64,000 nt of DNA. Source: a virus (Duplodnaviria > Caudoviricetes). Below the pieces are notes generated by a model. The model saw only the letters and a list, made by a program, of their open reading frames with translations. It was not told the DNA's origin and searched no databases. Where the stretch lies: positions 1 through 64,000 of the IMG/VR virus record IMGVR_UViG_3300047576_000104; one strand, given 5' to 3'. The position numbers and the translations under genes were made by a program. Positions 28,845 to 40,363 of this stretch are shown here, in pieces; within the stretch, counting starts at the first letter, position 1; every line of letters begins with the position of its first letter.

Positions 28845-29010
28845 GCGCCCTGCTTACCTTTGCCATCGAGTGCGCTAGAGAAGACTGCACCATCTGGATA
28901 GGTGAGGAGCCAGATCTTGCTACGGCCGAGAAGGTAGCCCGTCAGGCAGGGTGGCTGTTGCGTCCCAAGAACAAGGGCGGGGATCGTTGTCCGGGGTGCC
29001 GGAGCCTGGC

Positions 29011-29868
29011 ATGACCTTCACGCCTGCTACTGAGGATGGATGTACCGTGATCGGGCACCCTGAGACGCGGGCTGCGCTGGAGCGGGAGCTGCCTTCCCAT
29101 CCTGTGCTGTTGCTTGGGCCGGAGTCTATTGGCAAGTGGCCGATGGTCAAGTGGCTGGTCAGCTATCATGCCTTCTGGTACAACTCCTGGTCAGCGGAGC
29201 ACCCGAGCATGGATTTCGTCAGGCGGATGCGGACTTTTCTGGCTTCGCCGCCGTCTCCTGCCCCGCGCGGTTCCGGGTTCAAGGTGGTTGCGCTTAACTT
29301 GGACGGTGCGAAGGCCAGCAGTGCTGTGCAGAACGCTCTGCTGAAGGATCTGGAGGAGCCGCCTGATTTTGCCAGATTTCTCCTGGTCTCTTCCAGGTCT
29401 CCGCTGGCCACGATATCAAGTCGCTGTGTTATCTGGAGGTGGGCCGGGCTGACTGACGAAGAGGTGGCCCGGGTGCTGGTGTCCAAGGGTGTTAGCCTGC
29501 GGGATGCTGCTGCCATCGCGCCAATTGGCAAGGGCCGGGTAGCTCCGGCTCTGGCTGCTGTGGAGCGGTTCCGGCCGGCCAAGTCTGCTGTGCTGGGCGC
29601 GGTGCGCGCTATGACTGCGCGGGACAGTGATCTTTTCGAGCGTGCGGTGAAGACATGGGGAGATACTGAGGACTGGATGCTGCGGGAGCTGCTCGGAGCG
29701 GCGGCTTCCGGTAATCCGACCTCTCTTTTCAGTAGTACCGAGCGGCAGATAATAGGCAGTTCGGTTGCCCGGCAGGGAATAGCCTTGCTGGCAGCCAGTG
29801 GCAGGGCCAGGCCGCAGCTAGCGATCCGTGCGCTGGCGGCCGAACTCATGGACGGAAGGCAGACATGA
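29011..29868 (+). CDS. Clamp-loader delta' (HolB)-like subunit
   Basis: VIGH, LLLGPESIGK, QNALLKDLEEPP...FLLVS...LATISSRC. Confidence 0.8.
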   Translation: MTFTPATEDGCTVIGHPETRAALERELPSHPVLLLGPESIGKWPMVKWLVSYHAFWYNSWSAEHPSMDFVRRMRTFLASPPSPAPRGSGFKVVALNLDGAKASSAVQNALLKDLEEPPDFARFLLVSSRSPLATISSRCVIWRWAGLTDEEVARVLVSKGVSLRDAAAIAPIGKGRVAPALAAVERFRPAKSAVLGAVRAMTARDSDLFERAVKTWGDTEDWMLRELLGAAASGNPTSLFSSTERQIIGSSVARQGIALLAASGRARPQLAIRALAAELMDGRQT

Positions 29869-30260
29869 CCACACCTCAGGATGTTCCTAGTGCTTCTGAG
29901 CTTCAGGCGGTGCAGAGCAAGCTGACTGACCTGGAGCAGTGCAACCAGGCTGAGCTGACGGCTATTGCACAGCTAGGGGCGCAGATTGACCCAGGTTCTC
30001 TTACCCTGATACGTGTTAATACGTTCGTTAGCTTTGTTTTTCAGCGTCTTGGCACCTCTTCCCCGGAGATACGGCAGATGCTTACTCTCTTGTTCGAGAC
30101 TGAGTATCAGGAGCAGATAGCTGAGACGCTTAAGGATGTCAAGACTGAGGTCCGTAAGCAGATGCTTACGGCCGGACCTCCCCCGAGTAGGGAACAGCTG
30201 AAGGAGATGCGGCGTCGGCAGCAGGGCAACGGACATGGCTCACCTTTTGGTTCTGGGTAG
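29865..30260 (+). CDS. Hypothetical protein
   Basis: Coupled ORF. Confidence 0.55.
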   Translation: MTTPQDVPSASELQAVQSKLTDLEQCNQAELTAIAQLGAQIDPGSLTLIRVNTFVSFVFQRLGTSSPEIRQMLTLLFETEYQEQIAETLKDVKTEVRKQMLTAGPPPSREQLKEMRRRQQGNGHGSPFGSG

Positions 30261-31223
30261 TGGCTTCGTATAGCCAATGGGCGGCATTCAGGGACAAGCA
30301 CGGCCCGTCCCGGATTACCTGGGTGTGCGGTGAGCAGCGTGTCTTGGTAAATGAGGTGGTAGGGGTTACGTCCAACGTCATTGGTGCCGATGACACGGAG
30401 CAGTGGTGTGCCGGCCAGGATAGTGAGCGCAATATCTGGGCAGGCATCCTGGCCATCCCCGCTTCCGGGTACAAGCGGCTAACAGTAGTGCGGGAGGCCG
30501 GGAAGCTGAAGGACTGGGAGTCGTCTTTCTGAGTATCTTGCCGCGCGCAGTTTGATGCAGGGGAGCTACGTGCTGTTTGAGGCTGAAGAGCATGACTTTC
30601 CGAAGGACGGGGACGGCAAGCTGGCACCTCCGGCAGATATGCTGCGGGATTCTACCCTCGGGCAGATCATCCGCTGTTCGCCATTGAATCAGGAGGATTC
30701 TGTCACGTGGGTAATCCATCAGCTTCCTGTTGTTTCTGACAGCCAGGCTAGGCATCTGCTGTCCCGGACGTCAGGCAATCTGGGAGAAGTACGGGCTGTG
30801 CTTGCCAAGGCTGGGCTCTTTAACGGGAGAATTACAGATGAGATTCTCGACCTTCTCTGTGCTGAGTTGCCCGGTGACTTCGCAGACAAGCTGATCTTTG
30901 GAGATTTGCCTGGTGCGATGCTGGCTGCGGAGACTATGGATGCTGCCAGTCTCGGGTATTCGATCGGGTATCTCGCGTCCCGGCTGGAGCTGCTGTCTAC
31001 GCTGTCGCGTGCTGCACAGGAAAATGTTCCCTGGCGAGATATTGTTTCCCGGATGGGAGTGCCTGCTTTCCTTGCGCAGAAGTATTTTGGGCTGGCCAGG
31101 ACAGAGTACGGGATTCTTCGCGTGCGCAGAGCATGGCAGGCGCTGTCGGTTGCGGAGGATGCGTATCGCGGCGGGGTATCAGCAGGTGTAGCGGAAGTTC
31201 TTGCAGCGTCCTGGTGGAGATGA
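30260..31223 (+). CDS. Clamp-loader delta (HolA)-like subunit, frameshifted near 30530
   Basis: WVCGEQRVLV...KRLTVVREA, then A.HLLSRTSGNL..V...L.K and lid/collar helices (MGVPAFLAQK, L..AEDAYRGG). Confidence 0.6.
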
Positions 31224-31882
31224 GAGAAATGACAGACAGTGATCGGTTCTGGCGGGTGTACGGGTCTAGCTGGTGTGTGATGTACGTCTCCGATAGCGAT
31301 GGTGAGGACGGGAAGCTGGAGTGCGTTCAGCGCTACAGGGAGCAGTACGCAGGCCGGGTTCAGGAGGGTGATTGGGGGCTGCGGGCGTGGAGCGATTCTC
31401 TGCCAGCTTCTTCCTGGCCGTGGATGCTCGTGCTGCGACTGTCGGTAATGCGCGGAGAGTACAGCAAGCGTCCGCCGGCACTGGAGCATGCGCACAAAAT
31501 TGCCGGTGCGGTAGTGCTGGAGGGAAGCCGCGCTGAGCTGGCTCTCCTGAGTTACGGTAAGAAGATGCTGAAAGCAGGTTCTGTTGATGGTCAGGAACTG
31601 GAGGCTGAGGGTTCGGCGCGCGGAGCTGCGGGCCAGGCAGGCTGAGCACAAGTATGATCGCATGTGCTTTGTGGCTGCGTATGCGCTTAGCCGGCTGTCG
31701 GACGAGGAGCTGCTGGAGATGAGGGCTGCGCTGGCTGAGGAGGTTAGCGGTGACGGCAGAGGAAGTGCTAGCCGAGTTTGATGCCTGGCTAGCTGCCTGG
31801 CCCGAGTGTCCGGCTAAGTGGTGGGTAGAAGAGAATCCTCCTCGCACGTGTCAGGTGATTCAGGCTGTAAGGGAAGCCGTGT

Positions 31883-34800
31883 ATGCCTAGCGCCAATACG
31901 GGTTATGTTTCCTCTGTCGCAGATCTGCGGCAGCTAGCAGACAAGGTGATTGCTGCCGGCCAGCCAATCGCTCTGGACTGCGAGACTGGATATGAGGGTG
32001 AGGATCGCAGTTACCGGAATACCAGTCCGTCTCTTCACCCGGAAGAGAACATAGTAGCCGGATACAACTTCACTAATGCAGTTAGCTGGGGCAGGTATGT
32101 TCCTCTAGGGCATGACGAAACCAGGTACAATCTGGATCCTGTGCCAGCAGCTCGGGCGCTGTGGGACATAACAGCTACCGGCTTGTGTGTTGTGCATAAC
32201 GCTGATATGGAAGAGCGCAACCTGTCCAGGTTCATGCTGGAGCACTTGTCCGATGATCCTGAGGTAGGGGCAGCCGTCCGGGCTAGCCGAGGGTATTTCC
32301 CTATTTTGTCAGACACTATGATGGAAGCTCATGCTCTTGCCAAGTGGAAGTCGATCGCGCTTAAGTCTCTTTCTAGGGACGTGTTCGGCTATGAGCAGGT
32401 TGAGCTGATAGAGCTTTTTAATGAGGTAATGTTCGGCATTCAGGGAAAGAAGCTGCCGAAGAACAAGAAGAACACACTCAGGTTTAATGTCCTGGATCCT
32501 TCTGATCCTCGTGTGTTTGATTATGCCTGTGATGACGTCATCCAGACGCTGAGATTGCACCAGCGTCACTATCCGCAGGTCAAGGACAACTTCATTTACT
32601 GGCTGGAGATGAATAACTGGCCCGTCATCTGGGGAATGGAGGATGAGGGCCTGGAGGTTGATTGGGACTTCATAGATGAGGCTAGGGGGCGAACCAGGGA
32701 TTTTCAGATAAAGATGCAGGCTGGTTTGGCTAATCATCTGATCGATCGTCTTGGCCAGTTGCCTCCTAAATTCAATCCGAACAGTCATCCTCAGATACGC
32801 AAGATCCTTTACAGCAAGCCCCCTGAGGGTTTTGGTCTATTTACGCACATAATGACTAAAGGTAAGGCCGATGGTTCGGGCAAGCAGCTTGCCACTAGTG
32901 CTCTTGCCTTGAAAGGTAACTCGGCTGATCCGTTCGTGCGCCGGATGCAGGACTATCGCGGTCTGACAAAGCTCCTGACTACGTACCTGGAGACCTGGAG
33001 ACAGGAGTTTGGCTGGTGCGATGACGGACGGGCGCACTGCCACCTCCTGCCTCACGGCACGCCTACTGGGCGGTTCAGCTGCACTGACTTTAACTATCAG
33101 AACCTTCCTAAGAAGTACCATTACGAGTGTGATGGTGCTGAGTTCTCCTTTAACTTCCGTGATTCAGTGATAGTTCCTCCTGGTTACTGGGGCATGGGAT
33201 TCGACATCAGCCAGGGAGAGCTGCGCATTATCGCCGCTGAGGCTGGCGAGCAGGCTATGCTCGATGCCTTTGCCAAGGGCGAGGATCTCCACATCCTGAC
33301 GGCTATGCGATTGCTCGGCCTGACAAAGGAAGAGGTGCTTGCTGGCGGTGAGTTGAACGGCGTAGAGTTCCCGGCAAGCCAGGGCGGGTTCAGGCCGTTC
33401 GGCAAGGCTCAGCCGTTGAGTGTGCCAGTGCTGACACCAGACGGATGGGTCACGATGGGTGATTTGCGAGTCGGAGACCGTGTGTTTGGGTCGGGTGGTT
33501 TCCCAGTGCGGATTACGGGTGTGTTCCCGCAGGGCGTGAAGCGGGTTTACCGGGTCACCACGTCGGATGGTGCTGTTACTGAGTGCTGTGCAGAGCATCT
33601 GTGGACAGTGCGCAACATCAACAGTGTTGGAGGTAGGTGGAGGACATGCGAGCTGCGTGAGCTGTTGGAAAGTGGTCTACGCAATATCAACGGGCAGCCT
33701 AAGTACGTGTTGCCTCCACGTCCAGTCATCCATTATCCGGACCCGCAAGAACTGACTGGGATGGCAGATGTAGATCCGTATGTTATGGGGTTGCTCCTTG
33801 GGGATGGTGGGTTTACGCAAACCGTTTCGTTTACCAATGCAGACTCCGAGCTGCTGTCTGCTGTGAAGGTGGAGCACGAACGGAACGGTGGGAGGGTACG
33901 CACTAAGCAACGACCGGGCCGAGATGATTTGTTGCTTGACGCGGGGGTGCGATACCGGCAGGACTCAAATGTAATTCGTAGAGCACTGCGCAGGTTTGGT
34001 CTTTTGGGGTTGAAGTCTCACAGTAAGTTCATTCCGGTTGCGTATATGCAGGGGTCTCCAGAGAGCAGGCTGGCTCTACTGCAAGGTCTTATGGATACAG
34101 ATGGCACAGTCCTAGCGTCTGGTGCACAGTTTCGGGTGACATCGGAGCAACTGGCTAGGGATGCGCAGGAGCTGGCTAGGTCACTAGGTGGTTGGGCATC
34201 GATCAGGACGTACCAGAAGGAAAGGTCTCCGCTGCACACCAAGTCAGACCCGTTGCCGACATGGGATGTGTACTTGCGGCTGCCTGACGGGATGTGCCCG
34301 TTTCGGCTGTCGCGTAAGAAAGAGAAATGGAAGCCGCCCCGGTATGTGGCGGATCAGCGCATTGTCTCTGTAGAGGAGGTGATGCCTGGTGAAGTTCGTT
34401 GTATTTCAGTAGATGCCAGTGATGGCCTTTACGTTACTAGTGACTATATAGTCACTCACAATACAATGAACTTTGCTTTAATGGGCACTGGGCTATCAGC
34501 TCACTGTGCAGGGCCTGGCTGACCGGCTTGGCTGCTCGATCGACGATGCCGCGATGCACTTCAACAACTACTTCGCTGCGTACCCGGCTATCGCTGCGTG
34601 GACCCGCCGTACTGTTGCCGAGTCCAAGGTGCGCGGGTTCACCATGAGCCGTCTCGGGCGCAGGCATCCCATCTGGGCGTATGAGTCGGACAAGTCGTGG
34701 ATTTATGCCGGGGGCGAGCGCACGGCCGGCAATGCCCCGATACAGGGCGGCCTGGCAGACATGATGAAGCTGATCATGATCCGGGTGCATGCGGCTCTTA

Positions 34801-35483
34801 AGGAGGCCGGGCTGCTAGACGCTGTGCGAATGGTCATGAACGTTCATGACTCCCTGGAGTTCTACGTCCGGAAGGACATATCTCCGCAGGCGGTGATCGA
34901 TTTGCTCGTTCCGGTGATCATCCAGCAGACACCGTGGACGCAGCACTGGCCGCTCATGGTGCCTGAATGGCATGTCTGGGAGAAGTGGGGCAGCCCGACC
35001 GAGCTGAAGCTGGATGAGAACCACCAGATCCTCGGTATGGGCGAGGTCATCGACATCGGAGAGCAGGAGGAGGATGACGATGATGACGAGGATGACGAAG
35101 CAGGTGTGGTTGGTGGCGTCGTGGCCAGTACGTCACACCAGCTACGCGAGCCCTCCCAGCACGTGGAGCCTGGTACGGGGGCGGGGACTGATCCTGTTCG
35201 GCATCATGATCCTGATCATCGCCATACTGGCTGCGTGATCGTCCGGGTAGATGAGATGCCCGAAGTGTCAGCGGTGCACCGGTTCCTGGGCATGGTCTCC
35301 GAGTTCCCCGGCCCTAACGTGATGGAGTTCCAGACTCCCGAGGGCGGTATGACAGTCAGCCAGGGTACGTCGCTGTCTCCTGATGACGGAGGCAAGATTT
35401 CCCTCTTGCTAGGCGGGGCGTCGGTGGTATGGTCTACTGAAACGGTAGACAGTAGTAAGCTAGCGCAAGGCATTACGTTCTAG
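31883..35483 (+). CDS. polA: DNA polymerase family A with 3'-5' exonuclease, intein, frameshift near 34480 and C-terminal extension
   Basis: ALDCETG/HNAD/YACDD exonuclease motifs; TGRFS..NYQNLP; DISQGELR (A); RPFGK-[intein]-TMNF (B); NAPIQG..AD.MK; VHDSL (C). Confidence 0.92.
33407..34462 (+). mobile_element. Class-3 (Ala-start) intein with LAGLIDADG endonuclease in polymerase motif B
   Basis: Starts AQPLSVPVLTPDGW; block B HLW; LLLGDG and LMDTDG; block F VRCISV; ends VTHN|T; 352 aa. Confidence 0.92.
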
Positions 35484-35495
35484 GTCAGGTGGGGT

Positions 35496-35840
35496 ATGCA
35501 GGTGTATCAGGGGATCGGGACCGAGTACGGGCATGACAAGTTCGGCATCACGCTGGACGAGACAGACCTGGCTCGCCTGGCTAACGAGTTCGGGTTCTAT
35601 ACAAGTCCGGGTGAGAACGGCGTGACCACTGACCAGGCATACAGGCTGCTGTCGATCGACGCGGAACGGTACGTGCTTGTGCAGGCTCCTAAGTTCGGCC
35701 GGAAGATTGAGGACGTCATGGCCCAGCTCTGGGGACCGGGCGGTAACCGCGAGCAGTTCGCGACGATCCTGGTGGAGGTTACCGGGCTGGAGCTGAGTGA
35801 GTGCAGGAAGCGTGTGGGATTCCAAGATGAGTCAGCGTAA
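35496..35840 (+). CDS. Hypothetical protein
   Basis: 114-aa ORF with RBS. Confidence 0.55.
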   Translation: MQVYQGIGTEYGHDKFGITLDETDLARLANEFGFYTSPGENGVTTDQAYRLLSIDAERYVLVQAPKFGRKIEDVMAQLWGPGGNREQFATILVEVTGLELSECRKRVGFQDESA

Positions 35841-36609
35841 GCTACGTGCCTTGGTCGCGTGTGAGATGTCCGCTCGTGTTCGTACGCAGTTTGCGCTACG
35901 CGGGTGGGATGCCACGTCAGCTGACCTTCTGCCAGATGAGGCAGAGATCTGGGCGGAGCCTGGTCAGCCTGTAGCCGGCAAGCACTACCAGGGTGACGTG
36001 CTGGACATCATCGAGCAGGACTGGGACCTGGTGATCGCTCATCCGCCATGCGAGGATATCTCGCAAGCTGGCGCTCGCTACTGGGCTCAGAAGCAGGCGG
36101 ATGGCAGACAGCAGGCAGCGGCTGATTTCTTCATGAAGATGATCGACCTGCCACCTAAGACGGCGTACGTGGCGGTGGAGAACCCGCGAGGCATCATGAC
36201 CAGACTGTACCGCCCTCCGGATCAGGTGGTGGAGCCCTGGTGGTTTGGTGATCCGCTGCGTAAGAAGACATGTTGGTGGCTGCGAGGCAAGGACATTCCG
36301 TGGTACAAGAACGATTCGCCTTTGGATGAGCGTGATCTTCCCTCACTGCCCTTGCTCCGCGCTGACCGGATGGTTGATCCTACTGGCCGTGTAGCTACTG
36401 GCGGTGGGTCATGGAGGACGGATACTACCTCCGGAAACAATGATTCCGGAGGTAGGCGCGCAGGCGGCGTTGTGCCTAAGGGAAGTAATGCTTATGAAGA
36501 TAGTCAGGGGCGTGCACGCAGGAAGATCTTGCGGTCTGTTACCACGCCCGGAGCGGCTAGGGCGATGGCGGAGCAGTGGGGCTCGTACATCGAGAGTAGG
36601 CGTGGATGA
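35827..36609 (+). CDS. Phage DNA cytosine-methyltransferase-like protein
   Basis: LVACE.S..VR..F...G, WDLVIAHPPC, AVENP, PWWFGD...KKTCWWL. Confidence 0.75.
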   Translation: MSQRKLRALVACEMSARVRTQFALRGWDATSADLLPDEAEIWAEPGQPVAGKHYQGDVLDIIEQDWDLVIAHPPCEDISQAGARYWAQKQADGRQQAAADFFMKMIDLPPKTAYVAVENPRGIMTRLYRPPDQVVEPWWFGDPLRKKTCWWLRGKDIPWYKNDSPLDERDLPSLPLLRADRMVDPTGRVATGGGSWRTDTTSGNNDSGGRRAGGVVPKGSNAYEDSQGRARRKILRSVTTPGAARAMAEQWGSYIESRRG

Positions 36610-36874
36610 TTGACGATCTGTCGACCGAGGAAGAGGTTAAAAGGATTCTGTTCGCGGTTGCCTGGTACGGGCCGTGGGAGCGGTTGGAAGGATTCTTCTT
36701 CGGCGTGCGTAAGGATGGCACTCTTCGGTGGGATATTCGTGATGATGGCAGTGATTCCTTCTTGCTGGCCCTTCTCGGTCGGCTAGGTGCCTGGGCTAGC
36801 TACAGGGATTGTGCCTGGCGGCATCGTTATGTAGAACAGGGAATCAAGCCGTGGTTTGTATGGAGGCGAGGGCG

Positions 36875-37390
36875 ATGACTGAGCAGCCGCAGTCCAAGAC
36901 GTTCGAGGAGCAGGCCGCTGGCTGGATGGCTGCTATTGAGCACATGCGCAGTCAGGTGAAGGCAGTGTTCGGACTGGCCAGGGAGCAGGCTACACCGCAG
37001 GCATACCGGCAGGCTCTGATGGATGTGCGTACGATACAGGATTCTCTTGAGGAATATGTCTCTCTGGCGATCGTGGTCAAGGGTACGTTCAGCAGGGCCG
37101 CGTCGGCCGCGCAGACAGACTACGATGCGGCGTGGGCCATCGAGTCAGACCGGGACGGCAAGACGGCTGCCCGCCGGGACATGGAAGGTCCGCGTGAGCG
37201 GTACGCACGGCATGATGTGAAGGTGTTCAGCCAGCTCCGTGAGTGGAGACAGGCTGAACAGCGCCTCTCTACGGCGCAGGAAGTGCTGGATACTGTGTGG
37301 CTCAGGTACCGAGCCGTCAATGCGACCAGGGAAGACCTGCTGGCCATTCTCCGGACATATGCCCTAGAGAGTTCCCTGGACCGGACATGA
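36875..37390 (+). CDS. Helical protein, possibly a UvsY-like recombination mediator
   Basis: All-helical, similar in size to UvsY, near SSB and RecA; function is inference only. Confidence 0.35.
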   Translation: MTEQPQSKTFEEQAAGWMAAIEHMRSQVKAVFGLAREQATPQAYRQALMDVRTIQDSLEEYVSLAIVVKGTFSRAASAAQTDYDAAWAIESDRDGKTAARRDMEGPRERYARHDVKVFSQLREWRQAEQRLSTAQEVLDTVWLRYRAVNATREDLLAILRTYALESSLDRT

Positions 37391-37901
37391 AATGCGCGAC
37401 GTGCAAGCGCCAGATCCGCCGGGGCGTGGAGGAGCAGAAGCGGGTGGAGTACCGGCAGACTCCTGACGGGATCAAGATTTTCGGATATCAGATGCCGGCC
37501 GGCCCTTTGAACGAGGCGTACGGTCCGCTGGTTAAGGTCATTCACAGTGTTCACTACTGGGCTGAGGTCAAGGCGGAGCGGCGCGGCGGGCCACATGCGG
37601 GCGGGGCCATTACTGCCCTGGAGCAGGACACGATAGAGGAAGAACTATGAAGATTTCACTGATCATTGCTGACATGCAGCGGATGTACGACGAGTACGGC
37701 GACGTTGAGGGGGAGATGGCTGACACGCTGGACATGGACATGTTCCAGACGATCACGGATGTCAAGTTTGATCAGGATCGCGGCCGGGTCCAGGTCATCT
37801 CTGAGCGGTAGCTCAGCGGCTGAATGTCAGCTCCGCGCGGTAGCATACTCATACGTGCCTACCCAACCCGGCACCCAGAAAATTAAGAAATCAGGTAGAT
37901 C

Positions 37902-39416
37902 ATGCCTCAGGCAGATTTCACAGGCGAGTACAGCTCCAACGGCAACCGCAGCACCTACCCGAAGCTGAAGCTTCAGACCAATGAGCGCGCCCGCGTGTGC
38001 GTCATCACCAAGCCTCACGTTGAGTACCTTCACTGGCTCGAAGCCCCCAAGATCGTCAACATGTCACCGGTCTACAAGAAAATCACGGATCGCGATCAGA
38101 ACGTGCAGTGGGTGCCGGAGACGCGGATGGTGGACCGGGCCATCTGCCCAGGCACGTTTGAGACCTTGCGTGAGCGCGGGGTGGATGAGGCGCACTGTGA
38201 TGCGTGCCGTATGGCACGCGAGCGTCCGGACATCTTCAGGCCGCCTAACACCAGGTACGCGTCAACTATCATCCGGTACAGCCTGCGGCCCAACGGCGGG
38301 TGGAACGATCTCACTGTCCCGTTCAGCATGGGTGCCCTGGTGTGGGCTTTCAGCGGCAAGGTCTTCGACAAGCTGAGGAACATCCAGACCATGGGTCCGG
38401 GGTACGAGGACATCCGCGCGGTGGACCTGTGCCTTGAGTGCACGGACCAGAACTTCCAGAAGCCGTACAGCCAGGGAGAATTCCAGGCCCTGACTCCGGC
38501 CGTCTGGATGCTGAACGATCAGATGCGCGATTACACGGTCAAGTTCCTGGAGCAAAACCAGGCTGCTGAGGCAGACCTTCTTGACGCGATCGGGAAGAGG
38601 CTCAAGCCTGACTGGATGGCCGATGATCTCCTTCGGATCACCCAGGCGTGGGATGTGGTGCGTGCTCACGAGGCACGGCAGCAGGGCGGTGCTCCCCAGC
38701 TCGGGCAGGGCTTCGGTGCTGAGTCCTTCGGTCAGGGCATGCAGAATCTCCAGCAGCAGTTCGGCCAGGGTGGTGGTCAGCCTAACCCCACTCCGCCTGG
38801 TGGCGGCTGGCAGCCACAGCAGGCACAGGGGTCAAACGGTGCTCCTCAGCCTGGTATGGGCGGAGGCGGTGGCGGCTGGCAGCCCGGTCCCGCCCAGTCC
38901 GCTGGCGTGGACATGAGCTTGCTCAACGGGCAGCGGCTTCAGCAGTCGGTTCCCCCGCCTCCGGCTCCTACAGGGCTTGAAGGCATTGAGCAGTTCCGGC
39001 AGCCGAATCCCACGCCTCCGGGGCCTATCACCAATATGCCAGCTGAAGCCTCGCAGAGGGCAGATGCCCTGTACGAGGCAGCTCAGCAGGCTCCTCCTCA
39101 GAGAGAGCAGACACCGTTCACGCAGCTTGCCGCCGCTGAGCTGGCACAGAATCCGATCCCGAACCCGGTGGCTGATGCCTTTACGCAGTTCCAGGCCCAG
39201 CAGGCCGCTCCGGCTCCGCAGCCTAGTCAGCAGGGGCAGGGCCCTGTGCCTGATGGCCTGAGCGGGCTCACGGAGTTCATGGCCAGTCAGACAAGTAATC
39301 CGACGCTGACCCCGCTGCCCGCTGCCACGCCATCGTCAGGAGCAGCTCAGGCAGCTCCTGCGGAGGCCAAGCGTTACTCGTTCGAGGATCTCAAGCAGCT
39401 GGCAGACGGTAAATAG
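37902..39416 (+). CDS. Single-stranded DNA-binding protein (gp32-like) with long Q/P/G-rich tail
   Basis: KLKL...ERARV..., HW, C...CDAC, VWAFSGKVFDKL, DLCLEC..QNFQK; low-complexity C-terminus. Confidence 0.55.
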   Translation: MPQADFTGEYSSNGNRSTYPKLKLQTNERARVCVITKPHVEYLHWLEAPKIVNMSPVYKKITDRDQNVQWVPETRMVDRAICPGTFETLRERGVDEAHCDACRMARERPDIFRPPNTRYASTIIRYSLRPNGGWNDLTVPFSMGALVWAFSGKVFDKLRNIQTMGPGYEDIRAVDLCLECTDQNFQKPYSQGEFQALTPAVWMLNDQMRDYTVKFLEQNQAAEADLLDAIGKRLKPDWMADDLLRITQAWDVVRAHEARQQGGAPQLGQGFGAESFGQGMQNLQQQFGQGGGQPNPTPPGGGWQPQQAQGSNGAPQPGMGGGGGGWQPGPAQSAGVDMSLLNGQRLQQSVPPPPAPTGLEGIEQFRQPNPTPPGPITNMPAEASQRADALYEAAQQAPPQREQTPFTQLAAAELAQNPIPNPVADAFTQFQAQQAAPAPQPSQQGQGPVPDGLSGLTEFMASQTSNPTLTPLPAATPSSGAAQAAPAEAKRYSFEDLKQLADGK

Positions 39417-39420
39417 TCCG

Positions 39421-39990
39421 ATGCCTCAGTATGATGCTGCCCAGATGCAGCACATGCATGCGGCTCAGGCAGAGAAGCTGGCGGCCACTGTGCTTGTGTG
39501 CCCACAGTGCAAGAAGGAGTTTTCACCACGAGGCACAAGGCAGAAGTTCTGTACTACTCTCTGTGGTCAGACGTTTCGCACGAAGGATAGGCAAGCGTAT
39601 AAAAAGGATTATTATCGAGCGCATCGCAAGGAGTTGCTGGTAGCTGCTCGCGATTCTGCTATTCGAGCAAAGGGAATTACACCTGAGTTTTATCGTGCGC
39701 AGGTAAAACAGTTGGGTCATCGGTGTATGATTTGTGGTCGTAAGACGAGGAAAGATCCGGCTATCGATCATGATCATTCGTGCTGTCCTGGTAAGAAGAG
39801 CTGTGGTCGGTGTGTTCGTGGACTTCTGTGCAGTGACTGTAACAGGCGTATCTTGGGCGGTGTTTGCCAGGAGACGACGAAGGGCACGGAGCACGCCATC
39901 ATTGTCTTGTTGCGGGCAGTGGATTATCTTCGGCGTGAGCTACCTGAACAGCAGGTATGGAAGGAGCAAGGTGGGACATCAGATCATTAA
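39421..39990 (+). CDS. Endonuclease VII-family protein
   Basis: CMICG...AIDHDHSCCPGKKSCGRCVRGLLCSDCNR.LG. Confidence 0.9.
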   Translation: MPQYDAAQMQHMHAAQAEKLAATVLVCPQCKKEFSPRGTRQKFCTTLCGQTFRTKDRQAYKKDYYRAHRKELLVAARDSAIRAKGITPEFYRAQVKQLGHRCMICGRKTRKDPAIDHDHSCCPGKKSCGRCVRGLLCSDCNRRILGGVCQETTKGTEHAIIVLLRAVDYLRRELPEQQVWKEQGGTSDH

Positions 39991-40363
39991 GCAGCCTGAT
40001 GGCCGGTTGGCCATCTACAGTGACGGCGTGGATAACGGCTGTTGGCTCCGCTGGGACATGAGCGAGGAAGACGTGGTGGAGTATTACGCCGAGCGGGCGG
40101 CTAAGAGCGCCAGGGAGAGCGCACGGAGGACCGTGAGGCATGTTGTGCAGGATGAGCCACGCAAAGCGTACTACCAGTTCACCATGACGTTCGCGGAGGC
40201 CAATGCGCACAACAAGGTCTGGCATGGAGATCAAGGTCCGGAAGGTCCGGTGGATGAGAAGACATACTGGGAGGAGACTCATCCAGAGCCAGGGGTCGTG
40301 CTGGGCAGGGACAGGATGGACAATCACCTGATCTTTGGGGCAGGGGAAGACGATGCCAGCTAA
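39970..40363 (+). CDS. Hypothetical protein
   Basis: [16 protein letters not shown]... Confidence 0.55.
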
